The notes under the pieces were generated by a model, which ran no database searches, was not told where the DNA came from, and saw nothing but the letters and a program-made list of their open reading frames with translations. Made by a program: the position numbers and the translations under genes. Shown here one piece after another: positions 13,001 through 27,200 of a stretch of DNA of 64,000 nt; position 1 is the stretch's first letter; the number at the start of each line of letters is the position of its first letter. The DNA is taken from NCBI GenBank assembly GCA_964057225.1, contig OZ059899.1, forward strand, positions 4,650,001-4,714,000, in the 5' to 3' direction. The stretch is from Auanema rhodensis. Its lineage: Eukaryota > Animalia > Nematoda.

Positions 13001-16000
13001 TCCTCGATTTTCACCCTGAAGAATCAATTTTTTCGTTGAATAACATTGTCCATCGTCTTTGCCTTGAAAAAAGAAATCTAAAAACATCTACTTTTTGCTA
13101 AATTATTTTGAAATTTTTCGAAAAAATTTTTGTCAAAATGTTTTTGGAAGCAATGTTGAGTCTACATGGAAACTCAACATACACTAATGCATCATTTTTC
13201 AAACGATCATAACTGATTTTTGTATTAAGCGTTTCTCAATGTAGTATAGTGCATTCGATGCGGATTTTTAAGCTGCGTCGATCTGTGTTATCAGATTTGC
13301 GCTAGCTTAAAAATGCACCGAGATATCAACTGATATAAGTTCACACTTATATCCTCGATTTTCACCCTGAAGAATCAATTTTATCGTTGAATAACATTGT
13401 CCATCGTCTTTGCCTTGAAAGAAGAAATCTAAAAACATCTACTTTTTGCTAAATTATTTTGAAATTTTTCGAAAAAATTTTTGTCAAAATGTTTTTGGAA
13501 GCAATGTTCAGTGTACATGGAAACTCAACATACACTAATGCATCATTTTTCAAACGATCATAACTAATTTTTGTATTAAGCGTTTCTCAATGAAGTATAG
13601 TGCATTCGATGCGGATTTTTAAGCTGCGTCGATCTGTGTTATCAGATTTGCGCTAGCTTGAAAATGCACCGAGATATCAACTGATATAAGTTCACACTTA
13701 TATCTTCGATTTTCACCCTGAAGAATTAATTTTTTCGTTGAATAACATTGTCCATCGTCTTCGCCTTGAAAAAAGGAATCTAGAAGCATCTACTTTTTGC
13801 TAAATTATTTTGAAATTTTTCGAAAAATTTTTTGTCAAAATGTTTTTGGAAGCAATGTTGAGTGTACATGGAAACTCAACATACACTAATGCATCATTTT
13901 TCAAACGATCATAACTGATTTTTGTATCAAGCGTTTCTCAATGTAGTATAGTGCATTCGATGCGGATTTTTAAGCTGCGTCGATCTGTGTTATCAGATTT
14001 GCGCTAGCTTAAAAATGCACCGAGATATCAATTGATATAAGTTCACACTTATATCCTCGATTTTCACCCTGAAGAATTAATTTTTTCGTTGAATAACATT
14101 GTCCATCGTCTTTGCCTTGAAAAAAGGAATCTAAAAACATCTACTTTTTGCTAAATTATTTTGAAATTTTTCGAAAAAATTTTTGTCAAAATGTTTTTGG
14201 AAGCAATGTTGAGTGTACATGGAAACTCAACATACACTAATGCATCATTTTTCAAACGATCATAACTAATTTTTGTATTAAGCGTTTCTCAATGTAGTAT
14301 AGTGCATTCGATGCGGATTTGTAAGCTGCGTCGATCTGTGTTATCAGATTTGCGCTAGCTTAAAAATGCACCGAGATATCAACTGATATAAGTTCACACT
14401 TATATCCTCGATTTTCACCCTGAAGAATTAATTTTTTCGTTGAATAACATTGTCCATCGTCTTTGCCTTGAAAAAAGGAATCTAGAAGCATCTACTTTTT
14501 GCTAAATTATTTTGAAATTTTTCGAAAAAATTTTTGTCAAAATGTTTTTGGAAGCAATGTTGAGTGTACATGGAAACTCAACATACACTAATGCATCATT
14601 TTTCAAACGATCATAACTGATTTTTGTATTAAGCGTTTCTCAATGTAGTATAGTGCATTCGATGCGGATTTTTAAGCTGCGTCGATCTGTGTTATCAGAT
14701 TTGCGCCAGCTTAAAAATGCACCGAGATATCAACTGATATAAGTTCACACTTATATCCTCGATTTTCACCCTGAAGAATTAATTTTTTCGTTGAATAATA
14801 TTGTCCATCGTCTTTGCCTTGAAAAAAGGAATCTAAAAACATCTACTTTTTGCTAAATTATTTTGAAATTTTTCGAAAAAATTTTTGTCAAAATGTTTTT
14901 GGAAGCAATGTTGAGTGTACATGCAAACTCAACATACACTAATGCATCATTTTTCAAACGATCATAACTGATTTTTGTATTAAGCGTTTCTCAATGTAGT
15001 ATAGTGCATTCGATGCGGATTTTTAAGCTGCGTCGATCTGTGTTATCAGATTTGCGCTAGCTTAAAAATGCACCGAGATATCAACTGATATAAGTTCACA
15101 CTTATATCCTCGATTTTCACCCTGAAGAATCAATTTTATCGTTGAATAACATTGTCCATCGTCTTTGCCTTGAAAGAAGAAATCTAAAAACATCTACTTT
15201 TTGCTAAATTATTTTGAAATTTTTCGAAAAAATTTTTGTCAAAATGTTTTTGGAAGCAATGTTGAGTGTACATGGAAACTCAACATACACTAATGCATCA
15301 TTTTTCAAACGATCATAACTAATTTTTGTATTAAGCGTTTCTCAATGAAGTATAGTGCATTCGATGCGGATTTTTAAGCTGCGTCGATCTGTGTTATCAG
15401 ATTTGCGCTAGCTTGAAAATGCACCGAGATATCAACTGATATAAGTTCACACTTATATCTTCGATTTTCACCCTGAAGAATTAATTTTTTCGTTGAATAA
15501 CATTGTCCATCGTCTTCGCCTTGAAAAAAGGAATCTAGAAGCATCTACTTTTTGCTAAATTATTTTGAAATTTTTCGAAAAATTTTTTGTCAAAATGTTT
15601 TTGGAAGCAATGTTGAGTGTACATGGAAACTCAACATACACTAATGCATCATTTTTCAAACGATCATAACTGATTTTTGTATCAAGCGTTTCTCAATGTA
15701 GTATAGTGCATTCGATGCGGATTTTTAAGCTGCGTCGATCTGTGTTATCAGATTTGCGCTAGCTTAAAAATGCACCGAGATATCAATTGATATAAGTTCA
15801 CACTTATATCCTCGATTTTCACCCTGAAGAATTAATTTTTTCGTTGAATAACATTGTCCATCGTCTTTGCCTTGAAAAAAGGAATCTAAAAACATCTACT
15901 TTTTGCTAAATTATTTTGAAATTTTTCGAAAAAATTTTTGTCAAAATGTTTTTGGAAGCAATGTTGAGTGTACATGGAAACTCAACATACACTAATGCAT

Positions 16001-18222
16001 CATTTTTCAAACGATCATAACTTATTTTTGTATTAAGCGTTTCTCAATGTAGTATAGTGCATTCGATGCGGAATTTTAAGCTGCGTCGATCTGTGTTATC
16101 AGATTTGCGCTAGCTTAAAAATGCACCGAGATATCAACTGATATAAGTTCACACTTATATCCTCGATTTTCACCCTGAAGAATCAATTTTTTCGTTGAAT
16201 AACATTGTCCATCGTCTTTGCCTTGAAAAAAAAATCTAAGAACACCTACTTTTTGCTAAATTATCTTGAAATTTTTCGAAAAAATTTTTGTCAAAATGTT
16301 TTTGGAAGCAATGTTGAGTGTACATGGAAACTCAACATACACTAATGCATCATTTTTCAAACGATCATAACTGATTTTTGTATCAAGCGTTTCTCAATGT
16401 AGTATAGTGCATTCGATGCGGATTTTTAAGCTGCGTCGATCCGTGTTATCAGATTTGCGCTAGCTTAAAAATGCACCGAGATATCAACTGATATAAGTTC
16501 ACACTTATATCCTCGATTTTCACCCTGAAGAATTAATTTTTTCGTTGAATAATATTGTCCATCGTCTTTGCCTTGAAAAAAGGAATCTAAAAACATCTAC
16601 TTTTTGCTAAATTATTTTGAAATTTTTCGAAAAAATTTTTGTCAAAATGTTTTTGGAAGCAATGTTGAGTGTACATGCAAACTCAACATACACTAATGCA
16701 TCATTTTTCAAACGATCATAACTGATTTTTGTATTAAGCGTTTCTCAATGTAGTATAGTGCATTCGATGCGGATTTTTAAGCTGCGTCGATCTGTGTTAT
16801 CAGATTTGCGCTAGCTTAAAAATGCACCGAGATATCAACTGATATAAGTTCACACTTATATCCTCGATTTTCACCCTGAAGAATCAATTTTATCGTTGAA
16901 TAACATTGTCCATCGTCTTTGCCTTGAAAGAAGAAATCTAAAAACATCTACTTTTTGCTAAATTATTTTGAAATTTTTCGAAAAAATTTTTGTCAAAATG
17001 TTTTTGGAAGCAATGTTGAGTGTACATGGAAACTCAACATACACTAATGCATCATTTTTCAAACGATCATAACTAATTTTTGTATTAAGCGTTTCTCAAT
17101 GTAGTATAGTGCATTCGATGCGGATTTGTAAGCTGCGTCGATCTGTGTTATCAGATTTGCGCTAGCTTAAAAATGCACCGAGATATCAACTGATATAAGT
17201 TCACACTTATATCTTCGATTTTCACCCTGAAGAATTAATTTTTTCGTTGAATAACATTGTCCATCGTCTTCGCCTTGAAAAAAGGAATCTAGAAGCATCT
17301 ACTTTTTGCTAAATTATTTTGAAATTTTTCGAAAAAATTTTTGTCAAAATGTTTTTGGAAGCAATGTTGAGTGTACATGGAAACTCAACATACACTAATG
17401 CATCATTTTTCAAACGATCATAACTGATTTTTGTATCAAGCGTTTCTCAATGTAGTATAGTGCATTCGATGCGGATTTTTAAGCTGCGTCGATCTGTGTT
17501 ATCAGATTTGCGCTAGCTTAGAAATGCACCGAGATATCAACTGATATAAGTTCACACTTATATCCTCGATTTTCACCCTGAAGAATCAATTTTTTCGTTG
17601 AATAACATTGTCCATCGTCTTTGCCTTGAAAAAAGAAATCTAAAAACATCTACTTTTTGCTAAATTATTTTGAAATTTTTCGAAAAAATTTTTGTCAAAA
17701 TGTTTTTGGAAGCAATGTTGAGTGTACATGGAAACTCAACATACACTAATGCATCATTTTTCAAACGATCATAACTGATTTTTGTATTAAGCGTTTCTCA
17801 ATGTAGTATAGTGCATTCGATGCGGATTTTTAAGCTGCGTCGATCTGTGTTATCAGATTTGCGCTAGCTTAAAAATGCACCGAGATATCAACTGATATAA
17901 GTTCACACTTATATCCTCGATTTTCACCCTGAAGAATCAATTTTATCGTTGAATAACATTGTCCATCGTCTTTGCCTTGAAAGAAGAAATCTGAAAACAT
18001 CTACTTTTTGCTAAATTATTTTGAAATTTTTCGAAAAAATTTTTGTCAAAATGTTTTTGGAAGCAATGTTGAGTGTACATGGAAACTCAACATACACTAA
18101 TGCATCATTTTTCAAACGATCATAACTAATTTTTGTATTAAGCGTTTCTCAATGTAGTATAGTGCATTCGATGCGGATTTTTAAGCTGCGTCGATCTGTG
18201 TTATCAGATTTGCGCTAGCTTG

Positions 18223-21200
18223 AAAATGCACCGAGATATCAACTGATATAAGTTCACACTTATATCTTCGATTTTCACCCTGAAGAATTAATTTTTTCGT
18301 TGAATAACATTGTCCATCGTCTTCGCCTTGAAAAAAGGAATCTAGAAGCATCTACTTTTTGCTAAATTATTTTGAAATTTTTCGAAAAAATTTTTGTCAA
18401 AATGTTTTTGGAAGCAATGTTGAGTGTACATGGAAACTCAACATACACTAATGCATCATTTTTCAAACGATCATAACTGATTTTTGTATCAAGCGTTTCT
18501 CAATGTAGTATAGTGCATTCGATGCGGATTTTTAAGCTGCGTCGATCTGTGTTATCAGATTTGCGCTAGCTTAAAAATGCACCGAGATATCAACTGATAT
18601 AAGTTCACACTTATATCCTCGATTTTCACCCTGAAGAATTAATTTTTTCGTTGAATAACATTGTCCATCGTCTTTGCCTTGAAAAAAGGAATCTAGAAGC
18701 ATCTACTTTTTGCTAAATTATTTTGAAATTTTTCGAAAAAATTTTTGTCAAAATGTTTTTGGAAGCAATCTTGAGTGTACATGGAAACTCAACATACACT
18801 AATGCATCATTTTTCAAACGATCATAACTGATTTTTGTATTAAGCGTTTCTCAATGTAGTATAGTGCATTCGATGCGGATTTTTAAGCTGCGTCGATCTG
18901 TGTTATCAGATTTGCGCTAGCTTAAAAATGCACCGAGATATCAATTGATATAAGTTCACACATATATCCTCGATTTTTACCCTGAAGAATGAATTTTTTC
19001 GTTGAATAACATTGTCCATCGTCTTTGCCTTGAAAAAAGGAATCTAAAAACATCTACTTTTTGCTAAATTATTTTGAAATTTTTCGAAAAAATTTTTGTC
19101 AAAATGTTTTTGGAAGCAATGTTGAGTGTACATGGAAACTCAACATACACTAATGCATCATTTTTCAAACGATCATAACTGATTTTTGTATTAAGCGTTT
19201 CTCAATGTAGTATAGTGCATTCGATGCGGATTTTTAAGCTGCGTCGATCTGTGTTATCAGATTTGCGCTAGCTTAAAAATGCACCGAGATATCAACTGAT
19301 ATAAGTTCACACTTATATCCTCGATTTTCACCCTGAAGAATCAATTTTTTCGTTGAATAACATTGTCCATCGTCTTTGCCTTGAAAAAAAAATCTAAAAA
19401 CACCTACTTTTTGCTAAATTATCTTGAAATTTTTCGAAAAAATTTTTGTCAAAATGTTTTTGGAAGCAATGTTGAGTGTACATGGAAACTCAACATACAC
19501 TAATGCATCATTTTTCAAACGATCATAACTGATTTTTGTATCAAGCGTTTCTCAATGTAGTATAGTGCATTCGATGCGGATTTTTAAGCTGCGTCGATCT
19601 GTGTTATCAGATTTGCGCTAGCTTAAAAATGCACCGAGATATCAACTGATATATGTTCACACTTAAATCCTCGATTTTCACCCTGAAGAATTAATTTTTT
19701 CGTTGAATAACATTGTCCATCGTCTTTGCCTTGAAAAAAGAAATCTAGAAGCATCTACTTTTTGCTAAATTATTTTGAAATTTTTCGAAAAAATTTTTGT
19801 CAAAATGTTTTTGGAAGCAATGTTGAGTGTACATGCAAACTCAACATACACTAATGCATCATTTTTCAAACGATCATAACTGATTTTTGTATTAAGCGTT
19901 TCTCAATGTAGTATAGTGCATTCGATGCGGATTTTTAAGCTGCGTCGATCTGTGTTATCAGATTTGCGCTAGCTTAAAAATGCACCGAGATATCAACTGA
20001 TATAAGTTCACACTTATATCCTCGATTTTCACCCTGAAGAATCAATTTTATCGTTGAATAACATTGTCCATCGTCTTTGCCTTGAAAGAAGAAATCTAAA
20101 AACATCTACTTTTTGCTAAATTATTTTGAAATTTTTCGAAAAAATTTTTGTCAAAATGTTTTTGGAAGCAATGTTGAGTGTACATGGAAACTCAACATAC
20201 ACTAATGCATCATTTTTCAAACGATCATAACTAATTTTTGTATTAAGCGTTTCTCAATGTAGTATAGTGCATTCGATGCGGATTTTTAAGCTGCGTCGAT
20301 CTGTGTTATCAGATTTGCGCTAGCTTAAAAATGCACCGAGATATCAACTGATATAAGTTCACACTTATATCTTCGATTTTCACCCTGAAGAATTAATTTT
20401 TTCGTTGAATAACATTGTCCATCGTCTTCGCCTTGAAAAAAGGAATCTAGAAGCATCTACTTTTTGCTAAATTATTTTGAAATTTTTCGAAAAAATTTTT
20501 GTCAAAATGTTTTTGGAAGCAATGTTGAGTGTACATGGAAACTCAACATACACTAATGCATCATTTTTCAAACGATCATAACTGATTTTTGTATTAAGCG
20601 TTTCTCAATGTAGTATAGTGCATTCGATGCGGATTTTTAAGCTGCGTCGATCTGTGTTATCAGATTTGCGCTAGCTTAAAAATGCACCGAGATATCAACT
20701 GATATAATTTCACACATATATCCTCGATTTTCACCCTGAAGAATCAATTTTTTCGTTGAATAACATTGTCCATCGTCTTTGCCTTGAAAAAAGAAATCTA
20801 AAAACATCTACTTTTTGCTAAATTAGTTTGAAATTTTTCGAAGAAATTTTTGTCAAAATGTTTTTGGAAGCAATGTTGAGTGTACATGGAAACTCAACAT
20901 ACACTAATGCATCATTTTTCAAACGATCATAACTGATTTTTGTATCAAGCGTTTCTCAATGTAGTATAGTGCATTCGATGCGGATTTTTAAGCTGCGTCG
21001 ATCTGTGTTATCAGATTTGCGCTAGCTTAAAAATGCACCGAGATATCAACTGATATAAGTTCACACTTATATCCTCGATTTTCACCCTGAAGAATCAATT
21101 TTTTCGTTGAATAACATTGTCCATCGTCTTTGCCTTGAAAAAAGAAATCTAAAAACATCTACTTTTTGCTAAATTATTTTAAAATTTTTCGAAAAAATTT

Positions 21201-24200
21201 TTGTCAAAATGTTTTTGGAAGCAATGTTGAGTGTACATGGAAACTCAACATACACTAATGCATCATTTTTCAAACGATCATAACTGATTTTTGTATTAAG
21301 CGTTTCTCAATGTAGTATAGTGCATTCGATGCGGATTTTTAAGCTGCGTCGATCTGTGTTATCAGATTTGCGCTAGCTTAAAAATGCACCGAGATATCAA
21401 TTGATATAAGTTCACACATATATCCTCGATTTTTACCCTGAAGAATGAATTTTTTCGTTGAATAACATTGTCCATCGTCTTTGCCTTGAAAAAAGGAATC
21501 TAAAAACATCTACTTTTTGCTAAATTATTTTGAAATTTTTCGAAAAAATTTTTGTCAAAATGTTTTTGGAAGCAATCTTGAGTGTACATGGAAACTCAAC
21601 ATACACTAATGCATCATTTTTCAAACGATCATAACTGATTTTTGTATTAAGCGTTTCTCAATGTAGTATAGTGCATTCGATGCGGATTTTTAAGCTGCGT
21701 CGATCTGTGTTATCAGATTTGCGCTAGCTTAAAAATGCACCGAGATATCAACTGATATAAGTTCACACTTATATCCTCGATTTTCACCCTGAAGAATGAA
21801 TTTTTTCGTTGAATAACATTGTCCATCGTCTTTGCCTTGAAAAAAGGAATCTAAAAACATCTACTTTTTGCTAAATTATTTTGAAATTTTTCGAAAAAAT
21901 TTTTGTCAAATTGTTTTTGGAAGCAATGTTGAGTCTACATGGAAACTCAACATACACTAATGCATCATTTTTCAAACGATCATAACTAATTTTTGTATTA
22001 AGCGTTTCTCAATGTAGTATAGTGCATTCGATGCGGATTTTTAAGCTGCGTCGATCTGTGTTATCAGATTTGCGCTAGCTTAAAAATGCACCGAGATATC
22101 AACTGATATAAGTTCACACTTATATCTTCGATTTTCACCCTGAAGAATTAATTTTTTCGTTGAATAACATTGTCCATCGTCTTCGCCTTGAAAAAAGGAA
22201 TCTAGAAGCATCTACTTTTTGCTAAATTATTTTGAAATTTTTCGAAAAAATTTTTGTCAAAATGTTTTTGGAAGCAATGTTGAGTGTACATGGAAACTCA
22301 ACATACACTAATGCATCATTTTTCAAACGATCATAACTGATTTTTGTATTAAGCGTTTCTCAATGTAGTATAGTGCATTCGATGCGGATTTTTAAGCTGC
22401 GTCGATCTGTGTTATCAGATTTGCGCTAGCTTAAAAATGCACCGAGATATCAACTGATATAAGTTCACACATATATCCTCGATTTTCACCCTGAAGAATC
22501 AATTTTTTCGTTGAATAACATTGTCCATCGTCTTTGCCTTGAAAAAAGAAATCTAAAAACATCTACTTTTTGCTAAATTAGTTTGAAATTTTTCGAAAAA
22601 ATTTTTGTCAAAATGTTTTTGGAAGCAATGTTGAGTGTACATGGAAACTCAACATACACTAATGCATCATTTTTCAAACGATCATAACTGATTTTTGTAT
22701 TAAGCGTTTCTCAATGTAGTATAGTGCATTCGATGCGGATTTTTAAGCTGCGTCGATCTGTGTTATCAGATTTGCGCCAGCTTAAAAATGCACCGAGATA
22801 TCAACTGATATAAGTTCACACTTATATCCTCGATTTTCACCCTGAAGAATCAATTTTTTCGTTGAATAACATTGTCCATCGTCTTTGCCTTGAAAAAAGG
22901 AATCTAAAAACATCTACTTTTTGCTAAATTATTTTGAAATTTTTCGAAAAAATTTTTGTCAAAATGTTTTTGGAAGCAATGTTGAGTCTACATGGAAACT
23001 CAACATACACTAATGCATCATTTTTCAAACGATCATAACTAATTTTTGTATTAAGCGTTTCTCAATGTAGTATAGTGCATTCGATGCGGATTTTTAAGCT
23101 GCGTCGATCTGTGTTATCAGATTTGCGCTAGCTTAAAAATGCACCGAGATATCAACTGATATAAGTTCACACATATATCCTCGATTTTCACCCTGAAGAA
23201 TGAATTTTTTCGTTGAATAACATTGTCCATCGTCTTTGCCTTGAAAAAAGGAATCTAAAAACATCTACTTTTTGCTAAATTATTTTGAAATTTTTCGAAA
23301 AAATTTTTGTCAAAATGTTTTTGGAAGCAATGTTGAGTCTACATGGAAACTCAACATACACTAATGCATCATTTTTCAAACGATCATAACTAATTTTTGT
23401 ATTAAGCGTTTCTCAATGTAGTATAGTGCATTCGATGCGGATTTTTAAGCTGCGTCGATCTGTGTTATCAGATTTGCGCTAGCTTAAAAATGCACCGAGA
23501 TATCAACTGATATAAGTTCACACTTATATCTTCGATTTTCACCCTGAAGAATTAATTTTTTCGTTGAATAACATTGTCCATCGTCTTCGCCTTGAAAAAA
23601 GGAATCTAGAAGCATCTACTTTTTGCTAAATTATTTTGAAATTTTTCGAAAAAATTTTTGTCAAAATGTTTTTGGAAGCAATGTTGAGTGTACATGGAAA
23701 CTCAACATACACTAATGCATCATTTTTCAAACGATCATAACTGATTTTTGTATTAAGCGTTTCTCAATGTAGTATAGTGCATTCGATGCGGATTTTTAAG
23801 CTGCGTCGATCTGTGTTATCAGATTTGCGCTAGCTTAAAAATGCACCGAGATATCAACTGATATAAGTTCACACATATATCCTCGATTTTCACCCTGAAG
23901 AATGAATTTTTTCGTTGAATAACATTGTCCATCGTCTTTGCCTTGAAAAAAGGAATCTAAAAACATCTACTTTTTGCTAAATTATTTTGAAATTTTTCGA
24001 AAAAATTTTTGTCAAAATGTTTTTGGAAGCAATGTTGAGTCTACATGGAAACTCAACATACACTAATGCATCATTTTTCAAACGATCATAACTAATTTTT
24101 GTATTAAGCGTTTCTCAATGTAGTATAGTGCATTCGATGCGGATTTTTAAGCTGCGTCGATCTGTGTTATCAGATTTGCGCTAGCTTAAAAATGCACCGA

Positions 24201-27200
24201 GATATCAACTGATATAAGTTCACACTTATATCTTCGATTTTCACCCTGAAGAATTAATTTTTTCGTTGAATAACATTGTCCATCGTCTTCGCCTTGAAAA
24301 AAGGAATCTAGAAGCATCTACTTTTTGCTAAATTATTTTGAAATTTTTCGAAAAAATTTTTGTCAAAATGTTTTTGGAAGCAATGTTGAGTGTACATGGA
24401 AACTCAACATACACTAATGCATCATTTTTCAAACGATCATAACTGATTTTTGTATTAAGCGTTTCTCAATGTAGTATAGTGCATTCGATGCGGATTTTTA
24501 AGCTGCGTCGATCTGTGTTATCAGATTTGCGCTAGCTTAAAAATGCACCGAGATATCAACTGATATAAGTTCACACATATATCCTCGATTTTCACCCTGA
24601 AGAATCAATTTTTTCGTTGAATAACATTGTCCATCGTCTTTGCCTTGAAAAAAGAAATCTAAAAACATCTACTTTTTGCTAAATTAGTTTGAAATTTTTC
24701 GAAGAAATTTTTGTCAAAATGTTTTTGGAAGCAATGTTGAGTGTACATGGAAACTCAACATACACTAATGCATCATTTTTCAAACGATCATAACTGATTT
24801 TTGTATCAAGCGTTTCTCAATGTAGTATAGTGCATTCGATGCGGATTTTTAAGCTGCGTCGATCTGTGTTATCAGATTTGCGCTAGCTTAAAAATGCACC
24901 GAGATATCAACTGATATAAGTTCACACTTATATCCTCGATTTTCACCCTGAAGAATTAATTTTTTCGTTGAATAACATTGTCCATCGTCTTTGCCTTGAA
25001 AAAAGGAATCTAGAAGCATCTACTTTTTGCTAAATTATTTTGAAATTTTTCGAAAAAATTTTTGTCAAAATGTTTTTGGAAGCAATGTTGAGTGTACATG
25101 GAAACTCAACATACACTAATGCATCATTTTTCAAACGATCATAACTGATTTTTGTATTAAGCGTTTCTCAATGTAGTATAGTGCATTCGATGCGGATTTT
25201 TAAGCTGCGTCGATCTGTGTTATCAGATTTGCGCCAGCTTAAAAATGCACCGAGATATCAACTGATATAAGTTCACACTTATATCCTCGATTTTCACCCT
25301 GAAGAATCAATTTTTTCGTTGAATAACATTGTCCATCGTCTTTGCCTTGAAAAAAAAAATCTAAAAACATCTACTTTTTGCTAAATAATTTTAAAATTTT
25401 TCGAAAAAATTTTTGTCAAAATGTTTTTGGAAGCAATGTTGAGTGTACATGGAAACTCAACATACACTAATGCATCATTTTTCAAACGATCATAACTGAT
25501 TTTTGTATTAAGCGTTTCTCAATGTAGTATAGTGCATTCGATGCGGATTTTTAAGCTGCGTCGATCTGTGTTATCAGATTTGCGCCAGCTTAAAAATGCA
25601 CCGAGATATCAACTGATATAAGTTCACACTTATATCTTCGATTTTCACCCTGAAGAATTAATTTTTTCGTTGAATAACATTGTCCATCGTCTTCGCCTTG
25701 AAAAAAGGAATCTAGAAGCATCTACTTTTTGCTAAATTATTTTGAAATTTTTCGAAAAAATTTTTGTCAAAATGTTTTTGGAAGCAATGTTGAGTGTACA
25801 TGGAAACTCAACATACACTAATGCATCATTTTTCAAACGATCATAACTGATTTTTGTATCAAGCGTTTCTCAATGTAGTATAGTGCATTCGATGCGGATT
25901 TTTAAGCTGCGTCGATCTGTGTTATCAGATTTGCGCTAGCTTAAAAATGCACCGAGATATCAACTGATATAAGTTCACACTTATATCCTCGATTTTCACC
26001 CTGAAGAATTAATTTTTTCGTTGAATAACATTGTCCATCGTCTTTGCCTTGAAAAAAGGAATCTAGAAGCATCTACTTTTTGCTAAATTATTTTGAAATT
26101 TTTCGAAAAAATTTTTGTCAAAATGTTTTTGGAAGCAATCTTGAGTGTACATGGAAACTCAACATACACTAATGCATCATTTTTCAAACGATCATAACTG
26201 ATTTTTGTATTAAGCGTTTCTCAATGTAGTATAGTGCATTCGATGCGGATTTTTAAGCTGCGTCGATCTGTGTTATCAGATTTGCGCTAGCTTAAAAATG
26301 CACCGAGATATCAATTGATATAAGTTCACACATATATCCTCGATTTTTACCCTGAAGAATGAATTTTTTCGTTGAATAACATTGTCCATCGTCTTTGCCT
26401 TGAAAAAAGGAATCTAAAAACATCTACTTTTTGCTAAATTATTTTGAAATTTTTCGAAAAAATTTTTGTCAAAATGTTTTTGGAAGCAATGTTGAGTGTA
26501 CATGGAAACTCAACATACACTAATGCATCATTTTTCAAACGATCATAACTGATTTTTGTATTAAGCGTTTCTCAATGTAGTATAGTGCATTCGATGCGGA
26601 TTTTTAAGCTGCGTCGATCTGTGTTATCAGATTTGCGCTAGCTTAAAAATGCACCGAGATATCAACTGATATAAGTTCACACTTATATCCTCGATTTTCA
26701 CCCTGAAGAATCAATTTTTTCGTTGAATAACATTGTCCATCGTCTTTGCCTTGAAAAAAAAATCTAAAAACACCTACTTTTTGCTAAATTATCTTGAAAT
26801 TTTTCGAAAAAATTTTTGTCAAAATGTTTTTGGAAGCAATGTTGAGTGTACATGGAAACTCAACATACACTAATGCATCATTTTTCAAACGATCATAACT
26901 GATTTTTGTATCAAGCGTTTCTCAATGTAGTATAGTGCATTCGATGCGGATTTTTAAGCTGCGTCGATCTGTGTTATCAGATTTGCGCTAGCTTAAAAAT
27001 GCACCGAGATATCAACTGATATATGTTCACACTTAAATCCTCGATTTTCACCCTGAAGAATTAATTTTTTCGTTGAATAACATTGTCCATCGTCTTTGCC
27101 TTGAAAAAAGAAATCTAGAAGCATCTACTTTTTGCTAAATTATTTTGAAATTTTTCGAAAAAATTTTTGTCAAAATGTTTTTGGAAGCAATGTTGAGTGT

